NCBI RefSeq assembly: GCF_963921235.1
Contig: NC_086108.1
Span: forward strand, 7,192,001 to 7,256,000
Origin: Mobula hypostoma
Lineage: Eukaryota
Direction: 5' to 3'
DNA: 64,000 bases
Shown here: in pieces, positions 11,445 to 25,349 of the stretch
Position numbering within the stretch: the first letter of the stretch is position 1
Layout of the letters: the number at the start of each line of letters is the position of its first letter
Program-made: the position numbers and the translations under genes
Notes under the pieces: generated by a model
Databases searched by the model: none
Seen by the model: the letters and a program-made list of their open reading frames with translations, nothing else
Told to the model about the DNA's origin: nothing

Positions 11445-14400
11445 ACAGGTGTACCTATGAGATCTTCTGTGTTTTTCTAAATTCCAGTGAGAACAGGCCT
11501 AAAGCTGCCAAACATTCCTCATATGTTAACCTCTTCATTCCCAGAATCATCATTATGGACCTCCTCTGGACTCTCTCCAATGACAACACATCCTTTCTGA
11601 GATATGGGGCCCAAAACTGTTGACAATACTCCAAGTGCGACCTGACCTGTGCATTATCTCTTTGCTTTTATATTCTATTTTCCTTGAAAGAAATGCCAGC
11701 GTTGCATGTGCCTTCTTTACCACAGTCTCAACCTGTAAATTAACCTTCTGGGAGTCATACATGAGGACTCACAAGTCCCTCTGCACCTCTGATGTTTGAA
11801 CCTTCTCCCCATTTAGATAATAGTCCGCACTATTGTTCCTTTTACCAAAATGCATTATCATACTTTTCCCAGCACTGAATTCCATCTGCCACTTTTTGTC
11901 CATTCTTCCATTAAATGCATTATATTCAATAAAAGTTATTTTTTTCTCCAAATTCCTACGTGATACATGTAGTCTGAAATTATATTTGTGTTGAGCTTCA
12001 AGCAGTCTATCATAAACAAAAAAATTCTGAGGAAGCAGCTCTTTCAAAAAGATTTATTGTCCAGTGTTATTGCCACATGTACAAAGATACAACGAAAAGC
12101 TTGCCTTGCCTGCTGTTCATACGGATCAAATAATGAGGGTCATAGGTAGAATTTCAGAATAGATCAGAGATGCAAGTGTGCACTTGGTCTGGGGTGGGTG
12201 TCAGTCTACCAAGAAGTTTGACTAAGGAGTGTTAGGGCACTTTTGGGGTTAGTACGTAGAGCAAGTAACCTCAGCAACTAAATTCAGCCACTAATCTTCA
12301 GATCTGAATATAGACTGTAGATTAAATTTAACATGCAGATCTGGTTTCTAAAAGTTGTGAACTGCAGATAAATGGAAGACCACACAATGCTGAATTAAAA
12401 TTTATTTGTGCATCTATAGTGTGGGTGTGAAGAAGGAGGTGTGAAAGTTATATGTAATGCAAAGGAGAGCATTGTAGATACATTGTAAATATAGAATTGT
12501 ACTTTAATCTTTAGCATCGAAAATGTCATGTAGTGTTGGATCGGGCAGGCCTCTTCCTCTGAAAGGGTCTCGATAGGATGTCTGCTGTGTCTCATTTTAT
12601 TGGATAAAGAGACTACTTTATATCTACCAGTTACTTCTCTCTAGTGACTTTCTTTGTTCACACGATAACATAGAGCACAGGATGGAGGTTAAGTGCCCAT
12701 GGAACTTCCCTTAGCTACGATTTCATCCAATGTGTCCTGGTGTCAGGAGACCAAAGAAATTTGTCCTGTTTCTGTCAATGCTCACCAATTTTTATTGATT
12801 TACCATAGAAAGCATCCTGTCTGGGTGCATCACGGCCTGGTACGCCAACTGCTGTGCCCGTGACCGCAGGAAACTGCGGAGAGTTGTGAACAGAGCATCA
12901 TGGAAACCAGTCTTTGCTCTGTGAGCTTGCTCTCCAGTTCTCACTTCCTCAGAATCAGAGGCACCATGGTCGCATAGTGGTCAACGTGATGTTGTCACAG
13001 TTCGGGGCTTTCCGAATTTCTGAGTTCTGTTTCAGCGCCATTTGTAAGGACTTTGTATGTCCTCTTCGTGAACCACGTGGGTTTCTTCTGAGTGCTCTGG
13101 TTTCCTCCCACCGTCCAAAATGTGCCAGTTAGTAGGTTAATTAATCATAGTAAATTGTCCTGTGATTAGGCTTGTGATAAGTAGGAGGCTTGCTGGGCTA
13201 AAAGGGCCTGTTCGGTACTGTACCCTTAAATAAAATTTTACAAAGTAAATAAATACAAGACCCCATCAAGCCTGGTCATTCTCTCTTCTCCTCTCTTCCA
13301 GTGGGCAGAAGATACATGTACCATCAGACTCAAGGCCAACTGGAAACACCAATTTCCTTGAACAGAAAATCCTGTCAAAAGTAATGGATACGGCCCAGTG
13401 CATCATAGGTAATGCCCTCCCTACCACTGAGCAGACCGACACAAAGTGCTGTCGAAAGAAAGCAGCATCCATCATCAGGGATACCCACTGCCCTTCTCGC
13501 TGCTGCCGTCAGGGAGAACGTAAAGAGCCTCTGGACTCACACCACCAGGTTCAGGAACAGTTGTTACCCCTCAGCCAGCAGGCTCTTGAACTAAAGTGGA
13601 TAACTTCACTCGCCCCGTCATTGAAATGTTCCCATAACCATTGGACTCACTTTCAAGGACTCTTCATCTCATGTTCTTGATGTTTATGGTTTATTGATTT
13701 ATTATTAATATTTATTTACTTTTGTGCTTGAACAGTTTTTTATCTTTTGCAACTGGTTAAACACTCATGTTTGTGCAGTTTTTCATTGATCTATTAAGGT
13801 TATTATTCCATTATGAAGTTATTGAGTATGCCCACAAGAAACTGAATCTCAGGGTTGTATATGGTGACATATAGGTACTTTGATAATAAATTTACTTTGA
13901 ACTTCTACACCACTCTTATAAGACTATTGAATAGTCCCCTAGTACCTCACCTTGAAAAGGACTTCTTTCAGAGGGGAATTTCCTCACTGAGAGCTCTATT
14001 TTTGTCATATTTCCTCACTACAAATTCTTTTTTTTTGGTGTCAAATTTACTCACTGTACAAGGCTGCATTTGGTCCATCAATCCAAACCTGTCTTCTCAG
14101 AGAGATTGTATCATTTCCATGGCCCCAATGTTACTTGTAACCTGTTTTCTTCCACAAGCATATTAACTCAGCTCAACGGTTTACAGTACAGGCAACCCCG
14201 GTTCAGTTTCTGCTGCTGCCTGTAAGGAGTTTGTACGTTCTTCCTGTGACCGTGTGGGTTTCCTCCGGGTGCTCCGGTTTCCTCCCACAGCTCAAAGACG
14301 TACAGGTTAGTAGGTTAATTGGTCATTGTAAATGGTCACGTGATTAGGCTTAGATTAAATCGGGGATTGCTGGGTGGCACAGCTCGAAGGGGTGGAAGGG

Positions 14401-14741
14401 ACGGTTCCACACTGTATTTCAATAAACAAGTGAACAGGACAGAGCGCGACAGACCACCTGTTACACACATAGGTTTTGACCAAAGTAAAAAATGGCTGGA
14501 CTTGCCTAGCACTTTAGTGCAAGGGTGTTTATTGTTTGCATCAAAAATCAAACTTACAAAAATTAGCAAAAATAGCAAAATGAAAACTGCCAATACGTAC
14601 AAAAAGATAGATACCAGAAAATAAAACAATAGCTCTGTACTTTGTCCAATGTGGACTCATGACAGCCCTTATCTCTCTCTCTCTGAGACATATCATCTTT
14701 AATTACCCACAGAATTAACAAGACTACACATGAGTTTGAAT

Positions 14742-15743
14742 ATAGAAACATAGAAAATAGGTGCAGGAGTAGGCCATTCGGCCCTTCGAGCCTGCACCGC
14801 CATTTATTATGATCATGGCTGATCATCCAACTCAGAACCCAGCCTTCCCTCCATACCCCGTGACCCCTGTAGCCACAAGGGCCATATCTAACTTCCTTTT
14901 AAACATAGCTAATGAACTGGCCTCAACAGTTTGCTGTGGCAGAGAATTCCACAGATTCACCACTCTCTGTGTGAAGAAGTTTTTCCTAACCTCGGTCCTA
15001 AAAGGCTTCCCCTCTATCCTCAAACTGTGACCCCTCGTTCTAGACCTCCCCAACATCGGGAACAATCTTCCCGCATCTAGCCTGTCCAATCCCTTTAGGA
15101 TCTTATACGTTTCAATCAGATCCCCCCTCAATCTTCTAAATTCCAACGAGTACAAGCCCAGTTCATCCAGTCTTTCTTCATATGAAAGACCTGCCATCCC
15201 AGGAATCAATCTGGTGAACCTTCTTTGTACTCCCTCTATGGCAAGGATGTCTTTCCTCAGATTAGGGGACCAAAACTGCACACAATACTCCAGGTGTGGT
15301 CTCACCAAGGCCTTGTACAACTGCAGTAGTACCTCCCTGCTCCTGTACTCGAATCCTCTCGCTATAAATGCCAGCATACCGTTCGCCTTTTTCACCGCCT
15401 GCTGTACCTGCATGCCCACTTTCAATGACTGGTGTATAATGACACCCAGGTCTCGTTGCACCTCCCCTTTTCCTAATCGGCCACCATTCAGATAATAATC
15501 TGTTTTCCTATTTTTGCCACCAAAGTGGATAACTTCACATTTATCCACATTAAATTGCATCTGCCATGAGTTTGCCCACTCACCCAACCTATCCAAGTCA
15601 CCCTGCATCCTCTTAGCATCCTCCTCACTGCTAACACTGCCACCCAGCTTCGTGTCATCCGCAAACTTGGAGATGCTGCATTTAATTCCCTCATCCAAGT
15701 CATTAATATATATTGTAAACAACTGGGGTCCCAGCACTGAGCC
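14742..15743 (-). mobile_element. CR1 family A, 5'-truncated copy
   Basis: Near-identical to the 3' 1 kb of 7694-11452, with the same tail. Confidence 0.93.
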
Positions 15744-16534
15744 ATGATGCACCCCACAATGAGTTACAATCATATTACAGAATAAGCTGAAGTATCTCCC
15801 TTAAATACAGGATAGAAACAACAAGTACACATTTACACAACCCCATTACTAAAGGAACGGAATACTCCACCGTGTATGGTGGAAAGGCACCGTAGAGCTA
15901 ACTGGAGCGCATCAGCTTGGTTAAGAGGACGTACCGGGGGAAGACATTGAAGTGTGCACACACCGCTCTGCCAGCAGAACCACAAGGCAATGCTTGTGCG
16001 CGTATAAATGCACGTGTGTGTAAGGAGTGTGTTTACAGAGTCCTCTCCGTTGCTCACCTCTTCAAAGTTCAAAGGAAATTTGTTATTAAAGTGGCTCTGG
16101 GTGCAGCATCTGTCTTGCAGTGTCCTGCTGTCACAGAACAACAAATAACACTGGACAACAAAGAACTTGCTTCCTGAATACTTTTGGGTGCATCTGATGG
16201 GTTTTGGGCTGCTCATCATGAAAATCACCATGAAATTTCCCTATCAAGTACCATTTTTTAAAAAAATTGCCTACATTTATTACTTCAATTCCCAATTCAA
16301 GTCAATTCAAATGTTAGCAGGCCAAGCCACATCTGTGGAGAAGAGTAAACAGTCAATGTTTCTGGCCGAGACCCTGTGTGGCTTTGCATTTTCAGCATCC
16401 GCACGTTTTCTTGTGTTTGTCAATTAAAATATTGCCCACAATGTAAGGTGAAAGGCATCTTGTCCAGGTGTGCCTGGGCATGCTTAGGCAGGGCGGATGC
16501 TCTGTGGCAGGGCAGATTTTAGAAAAACCATAAA

Positions 16535-17225
16535 TTTCCCCAAAGGTTTTTGACACTTGAGACAGATGCTTCCCAGAATAACTGATGCCAAGATTAAGGA
16601 AGACTTTTTTGTTGGTCCATAAATCAAACAGGTCATCAATGACAGGCAATTAGAAGAACTTCTCGTGGGACCAGAGAAAATCACATGGAAGGCATTCAAG
16701 GATGTTGTTGAAAATTTTCTTGGCAATTACAGAGCACCAAACTACATGAAGCTAGTTGACAACATGCTTCAAGCCTACATAACCATGAAGTGCAACATGT
16801 CACTAAAGATTCATTTTCTGCATTCCCATTTAGAGTTCTTCCCTGCAAATCTTGGCACTGTCAGTGACGAGCCTGGTGAAAGGTTTCACCAGGACATTGT
16901 GGTCATGGAGAAATGGTATCAGGGCAACTGGAATCATCAGTGCTGGCTGATTATTGTTGGATACTTAAGCGAAAAGCCTCAGACACTGAGTACAAATGAA
17001 AATCATCAACAAAACATTTTTAGCTTAGTTGAACTATTGCAAAGTATCAGCACTGTTATGCAATTAAACACATTATATTCAATAAAAGTTAATTTCTTGT
17101 TTTTCCAAATCCCTACGTGATACAAGTAGTCTGAAATTATATTTGTGTTCAGCTTCAAGAGGTCTAACATAAACACAAAAAACTGATGAAGCAACAATTT
17201 TGAAAAAAATTGTTGTCGATTGTTA
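16535..17225 (+). mobile_element. DNA transposon remnant, probable Sola2-type transposase C-terminus
   Basis: NFLGN...SLKIHFLHSHLEFFP.NLG.VSDE.GERFHQDI..ME..YQG.W motif. A second split copy lies at 7153-7335 + 11909-12066. Superfamily call is from memory. Confidence 0.65.
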
Positions 17226-19079
17226 CACAGCATATGCCAGTTATTATAAACCTGATGCTGATTCATAAATCAAACCAGAGGTCCATGAGCCAGTCCTCAG
17301 CTGGGGACTGGTGGTGGAGAGGGTCAGTAACTTTAAATTCCTCGGCGTCACCATCTCCTGCACCCTTCATATTAATGTAATTGCCAAGAAAGCACGACAG
17401 TGCCTCTATTTCTTTAGGAGTCTGTGGAGATTCAGCATGACCTCAAAAACTTTGAGAAACGTCTATAATATGTACTGGAGAGAGTATTGACTGGCTGCAT
17501 TATGGTCTGGTATGGAAACACTAACGTCTTTGAAGTCCGGTCAAAGTCAAAGTACATTTATGATCAGAGTTTGTATCATTATACAGCCTTGAGATTCATC
17601 TCCTTTCAGGCAGCCACAAAACCAAGAGACCCAGTAGAACACATGAAAAAAAGACCGACAAGCACCCAGTGTGCTGAGAGAAAAAAAAGAAAGAAAAAAA
17701 CCTTTTCACTCAAAGGATTTTCCTTTGAGTAGAAAATCCTACAAAAAGTAATGGATTCAGCCCAATCTATCATGGGTAAAACCCTCCCAACCATTGAGCA
17801 CACCTACATGAAACATTGTCATAGGAGAGCAGCATCCATTATCAGGGATTCCCACCACCCTGGCCACGCTGTTTTCTCGCTCCTGCCATCAGGTAGAGGT
17901 ACAGGTGCCTCAGGGCTCTCACCATCAGGTTCAGGAACAAAAAGGAATAACTACACTCATTCTACTTCTGGTCTTCCCACAACTGATGGTCTCATATCAA
18001 GGATTCTTTATCTTGTTATTGCTATTTATTTATATTTGCATTTGCACAGTTTGTTGTTTATTGATCCTCTTTACAGTTCTATAGATTTGCTGAGTATACC
18101 TGCAGAAAAAGAATCTCAGGGTTGTATGTGGTGACATACATGTAGTCTGATAACAAAATTTACTTTGAACTTCGAACTGATCATCAGCAGGCTGTGTTGA
18201 GGTTCAGACCACCTTAAATAATGCTGGGTTTCAACTTGGAGCTATTGATATGTGCTACCTACAATAGCATTATTAACAAGCTATTTATGTTTCACCTACA
18301 ATGAAGTCTTATTAAGAGGGAGCACAGTTACCTTGTAAAGCCTCCTGCATGTGGCATGGCACGTTCTTTTGAAGCTGTCTTTCTGCTGTGCACTGGTGCC
18401 TTCAGGTTCTGCCTGTTCTGAATTGTAAATGCAAGAGGTTCTGCAGATGCTGGGACCCCAGAGCAACACACACAAAATGCTGCAGGAGCTCAGCAGGTCA
18501 GGCAGCGTCTATGGAGATGAATAGTCAACTTTTCAGACTGAGGCCCTTCATCAAGACTGGAAAGGAAAGGAGAAGATGCCAGAATAAGAAGGCGGAGGGG
18601 AAGGGAAGGGAAGAAGCTGGGAGGAGATAAGTGGGAAAGGGAAAGGGCTGGAGAAGAAGGAATCTGATAGGAGAGGAGAGTAGGCCATGGGAGAAAGAGA
18701 AGGAGGAGGGGAACCAGAGGGAGATGAAGAGAAGGGAGCCAGAATGGGGAATGTAAAAAGGAGAAAGCGGGAAGGGAGAGAGAAGTTAGAGAAAGTGATT
18801 TTTATGCCGCCAAGTTGGAGCCTAACCTGCTGAATTCCGCCAGCATTTTGTGTGCATTCCTTTGCCTTTCTCTAACATCATGTTAATGATAAAAATAATT
18901 TAATTGTTGATGTTGAACTGAACAGACATGCAATTACAGTCCAGTGGTATTCCCAGAATGTTTGCTTTGTCAAGATGAGTAATTGTACTCTTTCATACTT
19001 CACTTCTGCCTCCTTTTGTTAGGTTGCTCGGATGTCAGATTGTTGTCTTTCTCTCGCCGCCCCTGTGGGTCACTGGATA

Positions 19080-19368
19080 TGGGCGCTACGGTAGCGTAGT
19101 CGCAGCGTGACAGTATTACAGCTCAGGGCGTTCTGGAGTTCTGAGTTCAATTCCAGCGCCGTCTCTAAGGAGTTTGCACATTCTCCCCATGAACTGTGTG
19201 GGTTTCCTCTGGGTGCCCTGGTTTCCTCCCCCAGGCCAACAGCGGCCAGCTGGTAGGTTAATTGGTCATTGTAAACTGTCCTGTGGTTGGGCTAGGAATG
19301 GCCGGGGTGGTGCGGCTCGTTGGACTGAAAGGGTCTGTTTCATGTTGTGCCTCTGAATAAGAAATAAA
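19080..19368 (+). mobile_element. V-SINE (HE1-like); other copies near 1410-1670, 4530-4670, 12960-13235, 14175-14428, 22100-22369, 23575-23870, 28350-28570, 47010-47230, 59710-59860
   Basis: tRNA-like head followed by a V domain resembling GGAGTTTGCACGTTCTCCCC...GTGGGTTTCCTCCGGGTGCTCCGGTTTCCTCCCACA. Confidence 0.8.
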
Positions 19369-19487
19369 ATGACTCTGCACCCTGGATCCGAAAGCTGTTG
19401 TTTTCACATTCCACACTGGAGACTTAAATGCCGATACCTGGGCTGAGAGCCCAGGCAAGGCTGTGGTGAAAGGACTGCTGCCCCCTA

Positions 19488-19885
19488 CACTCAGTGGCCA
19501 GTCTGTTAGGCACACCTCTTCGTTAACGCTAATATCTAACCAGCCAACTCAGTAAAGCATGCAGACGTGGTCAAGAGGTTCAGTTGTTGTTCAGACCAAA
19601 TGTCAGAATGGGGAATAAATGTGATCTAGGTGACTTTGACCATGGAATGAGTGGTACAGTCTCTAGAGTTTACAGAGAATGCTGCAAAAATCAAAACAAC
19701 ATCCAGTGGGCAAAAACGCCTTGTTAATGAGAGGTCAGAGGAGAATGGCCAGACTGGTTCAAGCTGACAGGAAGGTGACGGTAACTCAAATAACCACACG
19801 TTACAACAGCGGTGTGTAGAAGAGCATCTCTGAACACACAACACATCGAACCTTGAAGTGGATCTGCTACAGCAGAAGACCATAC
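19488..19885 (+). mobile_element. Tc1/mariner remnant (second copy on the minus strand at ~4670-5110 + 7096-7152)
   Basis: TA-CACTCAGTGGCCA terminus and decayed HTH-region coding (CDLGDFD, ERGQRRMARLVQADRK-like, TQITTRYN). Confidence 0.75.
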
Positions 19886-21129
19886 CGGGTTGCAGTTTGT
19901 TCCTGCCGCTATCTGCAAGGGGTTTGTACGTTCTCCCCATGACCACGTGGATTTCAAAGTTCAAAGTACACTTATTATCACATTATACAACCTTGAGGTT
20001 CGTAACCTTACAGGCAGCCACAAAACAAGGAAAGCCCGAAAGAACCCATTAATAAAGAAGACTATCATGACTTAAGGACTGAAGGGTGCCCATTCAGAAC
20101 AGAGATGCGAAGAAATTTTTTTAGCCAGAGGGTGGTGAATCTATGGAATTTGTTGCCACGGGCGGCAGTGGAGGCCAAGTCATTGGGTGTATTTAAGGCA
20201 GAGATTGATAGGTATCTGAGTAGCCAGGGCATCAAAGGTTATGGTGAGAAGGCAGGGGAGTGGGACTAAATGGGAGAATGGATCAGCTCATGATAAAATG
20301 CTGAAACAGACTCGATGGGTCGAATGGCCGACTTCTGCTCCTTTGTCTTATGGTCTATCAAACACCCAGTGTGCACGCAAACCATGCAAACAATAAATGT
20401 AAGCACATAGCATTCAGAATGAAAGTGAGTACACAGACATGATGCATGGAGCAGCCCAGGGCAGGCCACAATCTCAGCCTCAGTTCAGCACCGAGCCGAG
20501 TAAATGTCACGGAGCCCGCAGACACGGAGTCCGGTGTTCCTTCAGGTGCTCTGGTTCCCTCTCACGTTCCAAAGACATATAGGTTAGGTTTGGTGAGTCA
20601 TGGACAGGCTACATTGGTGTCGGAAGCATGGCTCCCCTCAGCACTGATTCAATTTGACACAAACAATGTACTTCAGTGTAAGTTTCCATTCGTGTGTGGA
20701 TAATAAAGTTAATCTTTTAGAATTCTTCTTTCTTTACAATGTTTCTCCAGCTGAGCTCTGCCCCAAAGACTATTGATTGATAGAACAGTACAGTACAACA
20801 TCAGGCCCTTCAGCCCACAGTATCTGTGCTGTACACAATGCCAAATTAAACTAAAACTTCACAGAGTGCACAGTCTCAGGAGGACAATGGCTAATATGTA
20901 AGGGTATACTTTTAAGATGATTTGTTGTTGAGGGCAAGATCGTTAACAATGTTGATGAGCAGAGGGATCTTGGTGTCCAAGTTCATAGTTCCCGGAAAGT
21001 GATGGGGTGGTCAGGAAATCATATGGCATGCTTGCCTATAGGAGTTGAGGAATTTAGTCCAAAAGTCAGGAAGTTACGTTGCAGCTCTATAAACACTGGT
21101 TAGGCCACGTCTGGAGTATTGTGGTAACC

Positions 21130-21876
21130 TCACTCATCAGTAAGACCAAAGAATTGGTTATGGACTTCAGGAAGGATAAGACAAGGGAATGCATGCCAGT
21201 CCTCATCGAGGGATCAGAGGTGGAAAGAGTGAGCAATTTCACCTTCCTGGATGTCAACATCTCTGAGGATCTATCCTGGGCCCAACGTATTGATGTAGTT
21301 ACAAAGAAGGCAAGACAGCGGCTATATTTCATTAGGAGTGTGAGGACATTTGGTATGTCACCGAAAACACATGCAAGTTTCTACACATGTACTGTGGAGA
21401 GCATTGTAACTGTCTGCATCACCGTCGGGTATGGGGTGCAGGGGGAGGTGACCACGGCACAGGATTGGAATAAGCTGCAGAGAGTTGTGAACTCACTCAG
21501 CGCCATCATGGGCACCAGTCTCTCCAACATCCAGGGCATCTTCACGGAGCCATGCCTCAGAAAGGTGCTCCCCATCACCCAGGACATGTCCTGTTCCATC
21601 AGGGAGGAGGTACAGGAGCCTGAAGACACACACTCAGCGATTCAGGGACAGCTTCTTCCCCTCTGCCATCAGATTTCTGAATGGACATTGAACCCAATAA
21701 CACTAACTCACTACTTGTTTATTTCCATTTTTGCACTACTTAATTAATTTAACTATTTAATATACATGTACTTACTACAATTCATATTTTTTACTATTAT
21801 GTATTGCAATGTACAGCTGCTGCAAAGGCAACAAATCCCACAACATACGCCAGTGATATTAAACCTGATTCTGATA
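21130..21876 (+). mobile_element. Rex1/Babar-type LINE fragment (further fragments near 13330-13900, 17290-18175, 22530-22915, 34720-35070, 50670-51315, 52480-53220, 61870-62220, 63725-64000)
   Basis: KTKELVMDFRK...EDLSW...KKARQRLYF...FYTCTVESI peptide. Confidence 0.72.
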
Positions 21877-23995
21877 CAGATCTGGTCGACCCACTAGAGG
21901 AAGGATGTTGAGGCTTTGGAGAGGGTGCAGAAGAGGTTTGCCAGGATACTGCCTGGTGTAGAGGGTATGTGCTATCACCAGAAACTGGATAAACAGTTCC
22001 TTTAACCTTGCCCCCACCCCTCGCCTTAAAATGCCTGGCTTCCCACACACAACACCATGCCGTCTGCTCCTGGTCACACCTTGACTATCTGAGGGGTGGT
22101 AGATCTAGATCGTAACAGTTTGTCCAACGCCATTACAGCTTGGGGTGTCAGAGTCTGGAGCACAATCCCCCAGCCTTCTCTGTGAGAAAGTTTGCACGTT
22201 CCTTCCAGTGTTCGCATGGGTTTCCTCCCACAGTCCAAAGACGGAGTGGTTAGTAGGTTAACTAGTCATTGATAACTGTCCTGTGATTAGGCTGGCATTA
22301 AATCGGTGGGTTGCTGGGTGACATGGCTCGGTAGACCGGAAGGGCCTGTTCTACACTGTGTCTCTAACTCAGGGGATCCCAAAAATTTTTTTATGCCATG
22401 GACTCCTACCCATCAACTGAGGGGTCTGTGCGCCACAGGTTGGGAAGCACTGTTCTAAATAAAAAAAGATAAAAATTTATAAAATAAAAGAATTCCCTCC
22501 TCTAGCTTCCCTACAGCAACTTTGAAGATGTCCTACCCAGCATCTTGGACACCTTCAAAAGGCGATGCCTCGGAAAGGCAGCATCCATCATTAATGACCC
22601 CCATCACCCAGATCATGTCCTCTTCTCATTGCTACCACCAGGGAGGAGGTACAGGAGCCTGAAGGCACACACTCAGTGATTCAGGAACAGCTTCTTCCCC
22701 TCTGCCATCAGATTTCTGAATGGACATTGAGCCCATGAACACTACCTCACTCCCTTTTCCTCTCTTTTTGCACTACCTATTCAATCTGATTTTTTAAATA
22801 TATTCTGCTGATTATAATTTATAGTTTTTATGATTATGTGTTGCAATGCACTGCTGCCGCTAAACAACAAATGTTATGACAAATGCCGGTGATATTAAAC
22901 CTGATTCTGACTCTGAACTCCCCTCAGGTCTGGCCGCTCTGGGCACTATCTCTCACAGTTAATACCAAGTGGAGGCTTACGTGGCAGTGTCCCTCAGACC
23001 AGGCTGTGCAGTGAATCCCGTGCCTCCTTCCACGGGAAGCAAAACGCCTCTTGAATACTAAAACAGAGTAATTATGATCCTCTCTCCTTTTCAGAAATGC
23101 TAACTAGGTAAGGTGACTCATACAGAGAAAGAGCTAGTAGTCCTTCCCTTTCATTGATTGAGATTGTTTCCTAACCTGACGGTGATCTGTGAAGGATAAG
23201 TAGGTACATTTTTGGGCTGGTTACCAAGGCACTCTGCGTTCCCTAGGTAACATCGATGTTCTGACCCCTACGTTGTAATCAAGTGAGAATCACATTTCGA
23301 GCCTGAGCTTTTTATAACAGGACACAGAATCTGTTGGTAGCACTTATAGTTTTTAGCACTGCCGAGCAGAGGTTCTCTCCCTGTGTCTCTGTACTGCTGT
23401 CTCTAATGAGTCACAGTCTCTAAAGGTGGGCTTTATCCATTTTTAGACAAAGTGTTGGTTTATTTGGCCCGTGTGTGACTGTTCACACCATGGCCCCAGA
23501 GGCTTTGTTTGGCTGCAGTCATCTATGGTTGAATGACAATTAAGTTCCAACTCTTCATGGAGAATCCCATAGCACTTAGAAGCTGGTTACAGTGCCAGAG
23601 ATCGCCAACTGGGTTTTGATTCCTGCTGTTGCCTGTAAGGAGTTTGTACATTCTCCCCGTGATCGTGTGGGTTTCCTCTGGGTGCTCCAGTTTCCTCCCA
23701 CACTCCAAAGACATATAGGTGAGGATTAGTAAGTTGCGGCAGGCTACGTTGGGGCCGGACGTGTGGCAACACTTGTGGGCTGCCCCCAACACATCCATGG
23801 ATGTGCTGACGCAGAAGGCGCGTTTCACTGCGTTTTCAGCGTAACAGCAACAACCAAAGATAATCTACTCTAATCTGAACATAGGATTCACCATCCTCTA
23901 GCTAAAGAAATTCTTCCTCACCTCTGTTCCAAAGGACATCCTTCTATTCTGAGCCTTTGCCCTCTGGTCCTGGACTCCGCCACTGTAGTACCTGT

Positions 23996-25158
23996 AGGAG
24001 ATTAGTGTGCAAACTTAAAGCACACGGTATTGGGGGTAAGGTATTGGTGTGGGTGGAGAATTGGTTAGCAGACAGGAAGCAAAGAGTGGGAATAAACGGG
24101 ACCTTTTCAGAATGGCAGGCGGTGACTAGTGGGGTACCGCAAGGCTCAGTGCTGGGACCCCAGTTGTTTACAATATATATTAATGACTTGGATGAGGGAA
24201 TTAAATGCAGCATCTCCAAGTTTGCGGATGACACGAAGCTGGGTGGCAGTGTTAGCTGTGAGGAGGATGCTAAGAGGATGCAGGGTGACTTGGATAGGTT
24301 GGGTGAGTGGGCAAACTCATGGCAGATGCAATTTAATGTGGATAAATGTGAAGTTATCCACTTTGGTGGCAAAAATAGGAAAACAGATTATTATCTGAAT
24401 GGTGGCCGATTAGGAAAAGGGGAGGTGCAACGAGACCTGGGTGTCATTATACACCAGTCATTGAAAGTGGGCATGCAGGTACAGCAGGCGGTGAAAAAGG
24501 CAAATGGTATGCTGGCATTTATAGTGAGAGGATTGGAGTACAGGAGCAGGGAGGTACTACTGCAGTTGTACAAGGCCTTGGTGAGACCACACCTGGAGTA
24601 TTGTGTGCAGTTTTGGTCCCCTAATCTGAGGAAAGCCATCCTTGCCTTAGAGGGAGTACAAAGAAGGTTCACCAGATTGATTCCTGGGATGGCAGGTCTT
24701 TCATATGAAGAAAGACTGGATGAACTGGGCTTGTACTCGTTGGAATTTAGAAGATTGAGGGGGGATCTGATTGAAACGTATAAGATCCTAAAGGGATTGG
24801 ACAGGCTAGATGCGGGAAGATTGTTCCCAATGTTGGGGAAGTCCAGAACGAGGGGTCACAGTTTGAGAATAGAGGGGAAGCCTTTTAGGACCGAGATTAG
24901 GAAAAACTTCTTCACACAGAGAGTGGTGAATCTGTGGAATTCTCTGCCACAGCAAACAGTTGAGGCCAGTTCATTGGCTATGTTTAAGAGGGAGTTAGAT
25001 ATGGCCCTTGTGGCTACGGGGGTCAGGGGGTATGGAGGGAAGGCTGGGGCGGGGTTCTGAGTTGGATGATCAGCCATGATCATAATAAATGGCGGTACAG
25101 GCTTGAAGGGCCGAATGGCCTACTCCTGCACCTATTTTCTATGTTTCTATGTTTCTAT
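23996..25158 (+). mobile_element. CR1 family A, 5'-truncated copy
   Basis: RT C-terminal ORF within 23957-25060 and a (GTTTCTAT)n tail. Confidence 0.93.
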
Positions 25159-25306
25159 CCTCTGATGTACCTGCTTCAATGCACATGTGACAAATGAAGA
25201 TAATCTTTTATTTGATCTGAATCTTGGATGTGAAGTACGGTTCCAGCAATAGAACAGTGCGCCCCTTTGCAACTCTCAGTGCTGCCACCTGGGTGTGACT
25301 GGACTC

Positions 25307-25349
25307 CACACACACACACACAGACACACACACACACACGCACACGCAC
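25307..25349. repeat. (CA)n microsatellite
   Basis: Directly visible, imperfect. Confidence 0.9.

Larger units (their letters stand above)
7694..11452 (-). mobile_element. Young CR1 LINE (family A), 5'-truncated within ORF1, ORF2 uninterrupted
   Basis: SGNH-esterase ORF1 fragment followed by an APE endonuclease + RT ORF2 and an 8-bp (GTTTCTAT)n tail. Confidence 0.95.

Noticed and set aside
7769..11623. Multiple plus-strand ORFs (230, 134, 258, 193 aa)
   Set aside because: Antisense frames of CR1 ORF1/ORF2 that recur in the sister copies.
13972..13982. NF-kB consensus GGGGAATTTCC
   Set aside because: A single short motif with no supporting context.
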